Below the pieces are notes generated by a model. It made no database searches and was not told where the DNA came from. It saw only the letters and a list, made by a program, of their open reading frames with translations. Below, one piece after another: positions 1 to 11,874 of a stretch of 64,000 nucleotides of DNA; positions within the stretch are counted from its first letter, which is position 1, and each line of letters opens with the position of its first letter. The position numbers and the translations under genes were made by a program. Origin of the DNA: Chiloscyllium plagiosum (taxonomy: Eukaryota); NCBI RefSeq assembly GCF_004010195.1, contig NC_057719.1, forward strand, positions 52,089,037-52,153,036. Direction: 5' to 3'.

Positions 1-89
1 ATAGTTTGACTCATTGGGACGGTGTGCTACAGTCAAATTTTCAAAGGTATCTTTTTAAAGAAACTAAGTCTCCTTTTGAAAAGGCTTGA

Positions 90-2040
90 GTATCTGTCAA
101 AGCTAGAACAATGGGCAGCTTTAAGGACAGAATTTATTTTACATTAATTAATCAAGTGCTTACTTTACTGGATTTGTTTAAATTTGAATTACTTTTTTTA
201 ACAATCACACTTTATACTTGACATGGCAAATGCTGATTGATTCTATGCTATGTCATGCGGCCAATTCCTGGGAACCATAGTTATTTGGTTTTGATATCTG
301 CTTGGTGACCTTCATGTGCTGTATGGACAAATGTGCCTTAACTGAGTGTAGAATGATAAGGCAGTTGCTACATAATGAAATCAGATGTGGTTGCAATAGT
401 GAGCTTATTTCAAATATTGAGAGGATGTAGCAATGTGAATGATTTGGTTTATAGATGCTCTCTTGATCACATCTTTCCAGTTTATCTCGTCATAGTTGTC
501 ATAATTATTTGCAATGCCTCATCTTATTGTCTTACCACTTTGACATCAGCTAATTTTAGCAACTTTAGTACTACATTTAGGCTTACTGAGTTAAGGTGTT
601 GTTCAGCAAACTTTTCCTCATGGCTAATAGCACTGATTATTGCAATGCTGTGACTATTGGATGTTGTGAAAGTTATTTTGCTGCATTGAGTTTGTCTGGC
701 TGAAACTCATCTGTTATAGATTCAGTATGCAGTATTGTATTCAAGTGGATGGCTTGGAATGTGAGCTTTTCAACATGTTTACGAGGGGTCCATCATCAGT
801 TATTACTTCAATAACTGAAGTATTACTTCCTTCCATACATGTACAGATGGAAATGTAAAATACTCCACATGATTAAGAGCAATTAATGATCCACTTGCCA
901 TCACAATGATGGATGGTCTGCCTGCCTTGTCTTTGTGCATAAGAACAGAATGTGAAGTAACTGGATTTATACTCCCAGCTAGTTGGATCATTTTCTCAAG
1001 GTCAAACTAGGCATTAGTGTAGCTTGCTGTCAATTGTTGTTAGATCTACTGTACAGCCTGCTTGTCTGATGTGTCCTTTCCCTTTGGTGGTGTCTTTCAT
1101 CAGATCTCATAGAGGGACAGATAATGTCATGAGTTCAGGAATTAAGTCACTACAGCATGTGGTGAACCTTAGAAAACTTCAGACGCATATTTCTAGGATC
1201 TATTTCAACTTTCTATTGATCAGGTAATACTCTTTAAGAGCAAACATATGACCAAAGAATTTGATTCTGCTTTTGTTTAACAGGAGCCTGCCTTTGGTCA
1301 AGGTGCAATTACAATCTCTCTGATGTTGTAGGCATGTAAGTGTTGTCTTGAGTTCACTTTGAATATGACTGCAGATGAGAATTTCATCACTGATGTTCAG
1401 CATGCTTTCAGTTCTTGAAACATTGATTGAATCAGGTGCTGAAATACCCCAAATGCTGAATAGGAAGCAAAGTTGAGCCTCTTATGTCAAAAAAGCCTGA
1501 TTTGAGTGGAAAATACTGTAAGATATCTCAATTTTTTTCTGTAATCTCCATTTAATAGCAGCCTGTATTGAAGTCCAAATTCAATGAAGCTGTCAGAACC
1601 ATTCGTTTTCTCTTGATGTTATCAATTTTTGGTGCCTGGAGTCTTTCTTCTTCTACGGCTTGGTTTGGTGATTGTTCATCAATTCATATTTTTAATCTGG
1701 ATCCTTTTTTTGTTTCTTTTAATGGGAGAGAGCTGAGATTCAACATTAACTTTTGTCAATACTGTACAGGAGGTGGTAGAATGGTGGCAATCTCACCAGG
1801 TGAGTTACTCAGAACCTTGGGCTAATTGTTTGGAGACATGAGTACAAATTGATGGTGAAAATTGATTTAAATAAAAATCTGAAATTAAAGCTAGCTTACT
1901 GGCCAGATAATGGTAAGGAGAACTTTGCAGGGTTAGTATTGCTATTGTCATTTCCAGTCTTGATGTTAGATGTTTCATTCTTTTCTCCAGATTGCATAGG
2001 GTCTTGATACAACTGAACAATTTGGTATTCATTTTAGTGG
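90..2040 (-). mobile_element. Degraded Gypsy/Ty3 LTR-retrotransposon pol remnant (RT and RNase H)
   Basis: Minus-strand peptides LNISDEILICSH...KGRLLLNKSRIKFFGHMF (decayed RT catalytic region, then K-C-x-F...F-G-H) and FDLEKMIQLAGSINPV...IIVMASGSL...TDDGPLV (RNase H DAS / IAYASR / TDHKPL motifs). Many stops and frameshifts. Confidence 0.75.
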
Positions 2041-2109
2041 GCAATTACAATTCATCCACATTCCTGTGGGTCTGGAGTCACAGTAAAGCAGACCAGGTAA
2101 GGATAGAAG

Positions 2110-3122
2110 GAGTAGATGGGTCATTCTCACATTGACAGACAGTGACTGGTGGGGTACCACAAGGATCAGTATTCAGGCCCCAACTGTTCACAGTAGACAT
2201 CAATGATGTGGGTATGGGAATCGAATGTAATATTTTCAAATTTGCAAGTGATTAAAATTGAAGTAGCAATGTGTGTTGTGAGAAAGATGTAAAATGGCTT
2301 TGGGAGGATTTGGAAAGGCAAAAACATGGTAGCAAGAATATAATGTGGAAAAATGTGTGGTTATCCACTTTGGTCGAAGGAACAGATGTGCAGAGTATGT
2401 CTCAATTGCCAAGAGGTTGAAAGAGCAGATGTGCAAAGGGATCCAAGTGTTCTTGCCAATACATCACTGAAGACTAAGAACAGGTGCAGACAGCATTAGG
2501 AAGGCTAATGGAATGTTGGCTTTTACCACAAGAGGATTTGAGTACAGAGGTAATCATAGCTGGATTTAATTGTATAGAGGATTGGTAAGGCACATGTCGA
2601 GAGCTGTGTACAGTTTTTGTCTCCTTACTTCAGGAAGGCCATAGAGACAATGCAATAAAGATTCACCAGACTTTGCCTTGGAAAGGCAAGACTGTTCTAT
2701 GAAGAGAGTTGGGTAAACTGAGCCTGTATTTCTAGAGTTACAAACAATGAGAGGTATTCTCATTGAAACCTACAAAACACTTAAAAGGATAAATAGGGTA
2801 GATGCAGTTAAGATGCTTCACCGGGAGTCTAGAACTAATGGGTACAATTTAAAGATAAGGGGAGTATCATTCCCTAGGAGCTAGATGCAGGTTTTATTAT
2901 CTTTGCTCAGTGGTATGTGATTCTTTGAAATTCTCGATCACAGAGGTTGTAGAAGCTCAGCTTTTGAGTATGTTTCAAGTTGTGATAGATAGATTTCTGA
3001 TTGTCAATGGCGAAGAGTGTTACAGGATTGTGTCTGTAAAGGCATTGAAGTGGTCAATCAGCGTTGATCATGGCAAATGATGGAACATTTACAATGGGCT
3101 GAATGGTCTTCTCCTGTTCCAG
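2110..3122 (+). mobile_element. Decayed CR1 LINE, 3' part
   Basis: GVPQGSV-type RT motif (ggggtaccacaaggatcagtatt), KC-x-V-I-H-F-G motif, and CR1 tail ending gggctgaatggtcttctcctgttcc. Confidence 0.8.
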
Positions 3123-3352
3123 TGTAAAACAAGTCCTGTAGTTTCTTAATCATCAAGTGGCTGATGACAAGAATCTTCATCACATGACCTCGTTTTAGAT
3201 CTCACTCCTTCCTCTCCTAGTAATGCCAATGGCAGGCTTTGCACTATTTCCAAACATTTGTGATTTTAGTTGATCCACCATTGGTGGCTGTCCCTACACT
3301 CTAGGATTGCCTCACTAAATATCTCCACCTCTTTGCCTCCATTTTCTCCTTA

Positions 3353-3580
3353 CAGGTTGTTCTGATATAACATGCATTTCTTCAACGTGAATTGGTTTTA
3401 ACACTTTTGATGAATTGTAAATCCTGTTTGGATAACACAAACTTTCTACTGAATGGCAGTAGTGATTTTCTATGGCAATTTTCTAAGTGTGATTTTCTGT
3501 AGTGGTTTTCTATAGCACAATTTTCTATAGCATGAGGTTGCAGAGAAACACAACTGTTTGCGTTATGCCAGAATACCGAG
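3353..3580. mobile_element. Tc1/mariner (Tigger/pogo-like) MITE
   Basis: TA on both sides (3351-52, 3581-82). Imperfect TIRs caggttgttctgatataac / gttatgccagaataccgag. Internal ttttctatag repeats. Confidence 0.55.
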
Positions 3581-3629
3581 TATATCATTCATTAAAATCC
3601 TTCACTGAAAAGTATTTGTTGTATTTCTG

Positions 3630-3835
3630 TGGTCTGGCCTACATTTCAATCACAGAGGCTGTGGAAGTTCAGTTTTTGCAAATGTTTCAAGTAGTGATTG
3701 TTAGATTTCTGATCATCAATAGCGAAGAGTACTATAGGATCATGTCTGTAAAGGCATTGAAGTGGTCAATCAGCTATGCTCATAGCAAATGATGGAACAG
3801 GTTCAGTGGGCTGAATAGTATTCTCCTGTCCCTTT
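3630..3835 (+). repeat. Local duplicate of the CR1 3' end at about 2925-3122
   Basis: Shares long tracts such as tgtctgtaaaggcattgaagtggtcaatcagc with 3031-3062. Confidence 0.75.
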
Positions 3836-3990
3836 CAATACTAGGAGAGGAAGGAATGGGATGTAAAATGAGGTCATATATGAAGGTTCTTGTCATCAGC
3901 CATTTGATAATTAAGAAACTACAGACTTAGTTTACATAGGAATAGGAGAAGACCAATGTAAAACAAGTCCCGTAGTTTCTTAATCATCAG

Positions 3991-4212
3991 TTCTGATCTC
4001 CTTCCTATTGGAAGGATGTTGTGAAACTTGAAAGGGTTCTGAAAAGATTTACAAGGATGTTGCCAGGGTTGGAGGATTTGAGCTATAGGGAGAGGTTGAA
4101 TAGGCTGGGGTTGTTTTCCCTGCAGCATCAGAGGCTGCGGGGTGACTTTACAGAGATTTATAAAATCAGGGTCTGTTTCCATGCTGTACATCTATATGAC
4201 TCTATGACTCTA
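3991..4212 (+). mobile_element. Short, internally deleted CR1 3' fragment
   Basis: ORF KLERVLKRFTRMLPGLEDLSYRERL fused directly to the tail ctgtttccatgctgtacatc(tatgactc)n. Confidence 0.8.
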
Positions 4213-5745
4213 AGTAGCTGATGACAAGAACCTTGACAGATCCACATCAATGTGCTTCATCATTAACTGGCCTGAGCAACAGCTGAGCAAGCCACTCTGT
4301 TTCATCAAACCACTCCAGTAATGATGAATCTGAACAAAATTGGATGGACCATCCAACGTCAACATGCATATTGGAAATGACAAAGAAGTGTCCTGCCAAA
4401 TTGACTTTGCAAAGTCCTCCTGTCCGACATCTGGGAGAGATCAAAAAGCAAAGGCCATGGATTTAATTTCATCTTATGGATGAAACAATGGATGTAGAAG
4501 AAACTCCTACTTTTTTTAAGAAGTACTGACATTGCACCTATATTAAAGGATATGGATCAAGAGCTGCAAAGCAAGATTTTGTGAATAGTTCTTGTTTCCT
4601 GGAACAGGCACAATGGGCTCAATAGCTTTGTGCGCGGTAAACGTCTGTTTCTATGATTTGAATTAAGTTCCATCCATATGTACATCCTAGTTTGGATCTG
4701 TGAAGCTCAATGATTGGTGTAAGAGCTTAAATCATGTGAATTCTGAGGTTTCTCATCGGCACAAGCCCCTGTTGGACAACATTATCCCAAGCACGACATG
4801 CTATTTGGTAATGAAGAGACAAAATGTTGTTAGCAGGTCAACAGATATATGTTCACACTCAAACATTAACTATACTTTTCTCTGCACAGATGCTGTCAGA
4901 CCTGCAGAGTTCCTCACGCACTTTCTGTTTTTAATTTCAAATTTTCAGCAGCTGCAGTATTTTGATTTTATAAACTATTTTCCAAACCTATTTGATAATT
5001 TCCTTGTGAATTTTGTCAATTTTTAAAATGTCTTTCCCATGCTCTGATCCTTATTTCCAATATGTTGTCATTAATACAGTAGAGAAACAAAGATAAAAGA
5101 AAGATGTTCATCAGTTATTTTGAGTGATAGTAATAATTTCTATTTTCTATTAATAGCTTCTACTGATTGCTTATTCAGGATTTTTTGTTTGGCATATCCA
5201 CAGCAGCCAGCTTGATATTCTCTATACCCAGTCAGTTTTTTTTACTGTTTTAACGATATGCAATTTCATCTGTTCAAATTTGATACAGACAATTTGCATG
5301 ATTAACAGACTAGATGTGGATATCAAATCATTTTATATCCTCTGATTTACTGCGTATAATGTTGTTCGTGGTAATCACAGTGTATACCATTTTATAATGA
5401 CAAGAGCACTGTAGTATGAAAGTTTCATTTTAATCAGCAGTATGTTTCCCAGTTTCAGTATTCCTGCTTCTCTCAGCCTACTCAAGAGTGAAAGATGTAT
5501 CCAGCTTAGTTGCCATAACTATTGCTTGCACGTTCACACTGTTCTTCTTACTGTCAATTTAAACCAAATTGTGATCCAGACTGTGTTGATGAGGTTTTCA
5601 CTCTCATGGCAATTGGTGCAGTACCCAGCTGGAAACTTACCTCAAAGTTGGCTGGCTGAGAAATGTTCATTAAAAATTGAATTGTCTCTGTCTCTTGCTG
5701 TCACAAACCTTTGTTACTGAATTTCTTCAATTTCTGTTTCACTCT

Positions 5746-7955
5746 TCATAGAGTCATAGAGTCATAGAGATGTACAGCATGGAAACAGACTCTTCGGTCC
5801 AACCCATCCATGCCAACCAGATATCCCAACCCAATCTAGTCCCACCTGTCAGCACCCAGCCCATATCCCTCCAAACCCTTCCTATTCATATACACATCCA
5901 AATGTCTCTTAAATGTTGCAATTGTACCAGCCTCCACCACATCCTCTGGCAGCTCATTCCATACACGGACCACCCTCTGCATGAAAAGGTTGCCTCTTAG
6001 GTCTCTTTTATATCTTTCCCCTCTCACCCTAAACCTATGCCCTCTAGTTCTGGACTCCCTGACCCTGCACGCAATATTCCAATAGTAGCTTAACCAATGT
6101 CCTGTACAGCCACAACATGACCTCCCAACACCTGTACTCAATACTCTGACCAATAAAGGAAAGCATACCAAATGCCTTCTTCACTATCCTATCTACCTGT
6201 GACTCCACTTTCAAGGAGCTATGAACATGCACTCCAAGGTCTCTTTGTTCAGCAACATTCCCTTAGCATTAAGTATATAAGTCCTGCTAAGATTTGCTTT
6301 ACCAAAATACAGCACCTTGCATTTATCTGAATTAAACTCCATCTGCCATTTATCAGCCCATTGGCCCATCTGGTCCAGATCCTGTTGTAATCTGAGGTAT
6401 ATCTCTTCGCTGTCCACTACACCTCCAATTTTGGAGTCATCTGCAAACTTACTAACTGTACCTTTTATGCTCGCATCCAAATCATTTATGTAAATGACAA
6501 AAAGTAGAGGGCCCAGCACCAATCCTTGTGGCACTCCACTGGTCACAGGCCTCCAGTCTGAAAAACAACCCTTCACCACCACCCTCTGACTTCTACTTTT
6601 GAGGCAGTTCTATATTCAAATGGCTAGTTCTCCCTGTATTCCATGAGATCAACCTTGCTAACAGTCTCCCATGGGGAACCTTGTCGAACGCCTTACTGAA
6701 GTCCATATAGATCACATCTACTACTCTGCCCTCATCAATTCTCTTTGTTACTTCTTCAAAAAACTCAATCAAGTTTGTGAGACATGATTTCCCACGCACA
6801 AAGCCATGTTGACTATCCAAATATATGTAAATCCTGTCCCTTAGGATTCCCTACAACAACTTGCCCACCACCGAGGTCAGGCTCACTGGTCTATAGTTCC
6901 CTGGCTTGTCTTTACTGTCCTTCTTAAACAGTGGCACCACGTTTGCCAACCTTCAGTCTTCCAGCACCTCAACTGTGACTATCGATGATACAAATATCTC
7001 AGCAAGAGGCCCAGCAATCACTTGTCTAGCTTCCCATAGAGTTCTCGGGTACACCTGATCAGGTCCTGGGGATTTATTCACTTTTAACTGTTTCAAGACA
7101 TCCAGCACTTCCTCCTCTGTAATCTGGACATTTTTGCAAGATGTCACCATCTATTTCCCTACAATCTATATCTTCCACATCCTGTACCACAGTAAAAACT
7201 GATGCAAAATATTCATTTAGTATCTCCCCCATTTTCTGTGGCTCCACACAAAGGCCGCCTTGTTGATCTTTGAGGGGCCCTATTCTCTCCCTAGTTACCC
7301 TTTTGTCCTTAATATATTTGTAAAAACCCTTTGTATTCTCCTTAATTCTATTTGCCAAAGCTATCTCATGTCTTCGTTTTGCCCTCCTGATTTGCCTCTT
7401 AAGTATATTCCTACTTTCTTTATACTCTTCTAAGGATTCACTCGATCTATCCTGTCTACACCTGACATATGCTTCCTTCTTTTTCTTAACTAAACCCTCA
7501 ATTTCTTTAGTCATCCAACATTCCCTATACCTACCGGCCTTCCCTTTCACCTTGACAGGAATATACTTTCTCTGGATTCTTGTTATCTCATTTCTGAAGG
7601 ATTCCCATTTCCCAGCCATCCCTTTACCTGTGAACATCTGCCTCCAATCAGCTTTCGAAAGTTCTTGCCTAATACCATCAAAATTGGCCTTTCTCCAATT
7701 TAGAACTTCAACTTTTAGGTCTGGTCTATCCTTTTCCATCACTATTTTAAAACAAATAGAATTATGGTCGCTGGCCCCAAAGTGCTCCCCCACTGACACC
7801 TCAGTCACCTGCCTTGTCTAGTAGGTACATCCACATACTGAATCAGAAAATTGTCTTGTACACACTTAAGAAATTCCTCTCCATCTAAACCTTTAACACT
7901 ATGGCAGTCCCAGTCGATGTTTGTAAAGTTAAAGTCCCCCACCATAACTACCTTA
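5746..7955 (-). mobile_element. CR1 (HER1-like) LINE, 5'-truncated and frameshifted
   Basis: ORFs with HFGASDHNSI (end of endonuclease), KSPGPD, QHGFVRGKSCLTNL, YMDFSKAFDKVPH, SGVPQG, KFADD. Tail repeat (catagagt)n at about 5747. Confidence 0.92.
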
Positions 7956-7964
7956 TGTTTATGG

Positions 7965-9217
7965 TAATATGATCTGAAGCTTAGTGCAAGCCTTCATGCG
8001 TCTGCTAATGACACCTAGTTCTGTCATGCTATCTTCTTCATCAACTCCACTGCTGTTGCTATAATCACCAATTATCTATATGACATTGGATTCTAATTGA
8101 GTCTTGTTCTAACACAGGAAATGTATTTACATGAACATTTCCTGCTTATCCGTTCGATAAAACTAGCACAAGTGATTGGGTGCCACACAATAGCTGATCT
8201 CGACTGTACAAATTGTCTTCACCATTTACAAATCATAAGTTTAATGGAATTCCACAATATGGAGGTACTGCTTTACAAAGATGGTGTCTGGGAGACCAAG
8301 GCAAGTCTTTGGAATCATGGCTAGTGACTCTGTGTGCAACCTACTGACTGAGGCTGAATGTAAATACAATGGCGTCCACTCTTCAACTAGGGCCATCAGG
8401 GAGCAGATGTCTTCTAACAATAGGTACCAATGCCCAAAGCTCGGATGTGTCTCGGGACACCTTGCAGTACAGTTCAGAGGGAGTGTGTTCCATAACCCTT
8501 GTTTGCGGTGCTCTGCAGGACCAGAGCAAGTGCAGGGGGGATATGAGAGCTGGGAGAGTGGCAGCAGTACTCTGAGGAGGAAGTTGAGGACATTATGCGG
8601 CATCAAGCACAACAAACGAGATAGGACTTTAATTGACAGCCAATTCCACTAGATCTGAGCTGAGTGCAGTGATCACTAATTGACTGACTGTAAATCTACT
8701 GCTCAAAAGGCATGTAGTGCCTGTCTGTTCCCAGTTGCAATTGCAACATTTTTTGCTTGTTTTTTCTTTATTTTTGGTTTGGCTGAATAAAAGTGGAAGT
8801 TCATAACTATTAAAGGGCTTTCTAGTATATGGTCATTCCACATTGAACAATGCAAAGATGTTAGGCTACACTGGAGGAAGAGGCCAATCTCCAATAACAG
8901 GATTCGAAGATGGGACGAAACTAAAGAAGGGCAACCTATCTAATTTGGCTCTTAAATAGCAATAGCAATACATGTACACTTGAATTTGTGATTAAGTGTT
9001 ACCAACCTTGGGTGTCCTAGGAGCTTCCAGCAGTGGCAAAGTCCTGCCTTAGGCAAGAGGGAAGATAAGACAAGCTAAGAGCCATGGAGTTGTAGTACAT
9101 AGCTAATGAGGTCAGACGTGGAGAATAGCATGAGAAAACTCACTCGGCATACAGAGAGAACTCTTTGCTGAAATTCGCCAAAATTGGTACTTAGCCAATT
9201 TCTGGTAAAATTTAGCT
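7965..9217 (+). mobile_element. Decayed Harbinger/PIF DNA transposon (HARBI1-like transposase C-half)
   Basis: Peptides NLLTEAECKYNGVHSSTRAIREQ and LQYSSEGVCSITLVCGALQD match the Harbinger transposase motifs E-x-x-YN-x-x-H-x-x-TR-x-x-IE and LQY...CC-x-LHN. Outer limits uncertain. Confidence 0.65.
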
Positions 9218-10189
9218 CACTGTTTTAACTGTGAAACAGCATGTCATGAAGCTAACAAAAATTCAATTTATTGCCATCCTAGATAATCTTGATGATATTA
9301 TTTAGCAAAATATATTTTGACATTTCTGATTTCAGCAGCAAGATTAAGTCTATTTATCTTTTAAATCCAAATTTATTTCTCAATTCAATGACAACTAATT
9401 ACTCATTGATAGCAACTAAATCTTATCGAATCAACTTCCAAACATTTATAGATAGAATATTTAAAGTGTGATTTTTGATTTTAATATCAAATATATATCT
9501 TTTATGGAATTAAACCTGCAAATGGACACCTTGTTCATAGTGTCAAATTAAGGATGTCCAATTTATATTGGAATAAAATTTAACAAGGAAGAATGGTCAC
9601 TTGGTAATATTTTTAAAAATCCTAATCGTCATTGAGGAGATATTACATTATATAACATGGTATGTTACAACTCTTTTGAACAGCTCATTTATAAGTAGCA
9701 ATATACATGTGGATATGCAGAACAAGATGGAAAATAATATTGATAGTTGTTTTTTTCTACAGCACTCTGCACTCAGGGAAATTGATTCTCCATTAGCACA
9801 AGATTGCTGAGATGGTAGAGAAATCAAACACATATAAGTGGGATTGCAGCCAAATCTGAACATTGGCAAAACAAGACCACAATAAGAAATTGTAAAATCA
9901 ACTATTATTTTTAACTGGACACATTTGTTGCTGTGGCTGTTCCCATAGATAAACACATTGGTTGAACAACTAGTATCATAACCAATACACGACAACAGTG
10001 TGGATGTGTCAACATAGGTTTCACCCTTTGCAACTAAATTAAATTGAGTAAAATTTGTATATTTCTATATAATTTACATTGCTTTGCTGGCTAAGAGGCT
10101 GAATGAAAGGCTACTCTGATTAAATGCTTGACTGTCCAATAAAAATGGCCAGCTAATTGAGTAATTAATTGTCCAGTTTCTTGACTCAC

Positions 10190-10225
10190 CGTGAGCTGAA
10201 GGTTTTGTGCATCCATCTCTCTTGG
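10190..10225 (-). CDS. Candidate 36-nt exon of an unidentified gene (PREMDAQNLQLT in phase 0)
   Basis: Acceptor ttgattttccatcag and donor acg|gtgagt. Frame-preserving length, in non-repetitive sequence. Confidence 0.5.
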
Positions 10226-10539
10226 CTGATGGAAAATCAATAACAGACAGTTTGAAATAGAAAAATCAGAAACCTGGGTCTCTGAAAGTGCTTGGGTGTT
10301 CCATTAAACACAATCACAGAAAGCTTATGAGTGACAATATTTTCCAAAATGCATTTGATTTAGTTAGCTTTACTTCAAGTTATTTACTTCAGTTCAACTT
10401 AATTGCATTTAAAAAAGTATACCACAGCTGCTTAATTTTGATGTCGACGTATAAAAAATGTATCTTATGTAAAAGCTCACATTTATAATTTATGTCATGA
10501 CACCAAGCATTTTACAATCAAATGTAATTATTGCTGCAA

Positions 10540-10950
10540 GATAACTAGTTACTGTTGATTTGTAAGATGCATTCTCAAAACGCTGATGAATTTTGGATGG
10601 ATATGCCTGCTTTGACACTGTGGATACATTGTTTGATGCTGATTTGCATGCGCAGAGTTGGAAAATGTCCTGACATGAAAGAAATTGGCCAAGTTTTCAT
10701 TTGGGCAAAATGGGAACCCGTCTCCCCTGAAACAGTGCAGACCCAGCCACAAGGTCTGCCGAATGCCAAAGCAGCTGACATAAAATGTCCAACATGATGC
10801 CAACTGGCGGCACACAATTCTGACACAATGCTATAATACAGGTGATTCAGTCCACTGTCAGTCATTCTACTACTATTCTTTAAAGACTGGTGATGGTATT
10901 GTGGTAGAGCAAAGGATGAAGGATTCATTGATCCTGATAGTGTATCAACC
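10540..10950 (+). mobile_element. Possible very old RTE-clade LINE 3' remnant
   Basis: Faint resemblance of the 10555-10797 peptide to the RTE C-terminal pattern (N-x-EV...RW-x-GHV...QV-x-YG). Confidence 0.3.
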
Positions 10951-11190
10951 ATATCAATGGCAGTTGAATTAATGGAGTGTCATTCACAAAATGCAAACCT
11001 TATTTGATGCGATCAGATTCTATTATACATTCTATGTGTTTCTAATGGTCTTTTAATTTTATATCCGATATTCTGCATTTGCGGTTTGTTATTTCATCTC
11101 CCAATAATTTGGGCATTTGCTGAAACATATTAATGAGTTATCTGTTATTCAGCTGTCTGTCAGCATATTACCAGTACAATAAAATACTGA

Positions 11191-11413
11191 GGAGAAAGTG
11201 AGGGCTGCAGATGCTGGAGATCAGAGCTGAAAATGTGTTGCTGGAAAAGCGCAGCAGGTCAGGCAGCATCCAAGGAACAGGAGAATCGACGTTTCGGGCA
11301 TAAGCCCTTCTTCAGGAATGATTACTGAAGAAGGGCTTATGCCCGAAACGTCAATTCTCCTGCTCCTTGGATGCTGCCTGACCTGCTGCGCTTTTCTAGC
11401 AACACATTTTCAG
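11191..11413. mobile_element. Penelope-derived short element, inverted pair, with hammerhead-like cores
   Basis: Arms about 11227-11315 and 11325-11413 are reverse complements. 11-bp TSD taaaatactga at 11180-90 and 11414-24. Core ctgaaga-agggc-ttat-gccc-gaaac-gtc. Confidence 0.75.
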
Positions 11414-11719
11414 TAAAATACTGAATTTACCTTTATGCAATAAAATGTACTATTTTGTAATGGTCAGTTATATTCAAACAATAGATAATTTGACTATCAA
11501 ATAATTCATCTACTCAACAGTTGCAAATTACTACTGATATCAAGGAACAGAATCTCCATTTGAAAACTACAGCAAGCATTAGTAATTTTTTACATAGAAA
11601 TAAAATTGTGCAATTTCTCGGTGTTTTCTCTGCTAGTAATGACAATCCTTACTTTAAATAAATAGATTATTTTTTAATAAACTAATAATACAGGATTTGT
11701 GAGGGAAACCATTACTTAC

Positions 11720-11785
11720 GCCACTGGGGTCCATTAAGAAAAAATCTAGGCAACCATCTATCAGAAGCCATTTAACTTTAAAATC
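11720..11785 (-). CDS. Candidate 66-nt exon (DFKVKWLLIDGCLDFFLMDPSG in phase 0)
   Basis: Acceptor ttttttctttaattttctag and donor ggc|gtaagt. Only phase 0 is fully open. Confidence 0.45.
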
Positions 11786-11874
11786 CTAGAAAATTAAAGA
11801 AAAACTGCCAGAAGAGAATATTCTCAGAGCAATCCTTAAAATATGAAAGGAATGGAATCAAACCTCAAGATATG

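Noticed and set aside
7074..7808. 244-aa ORF, the longest in the window
   Set aside because: A CR1 ORF2 piece bounded by frameshifts, not a host gene.
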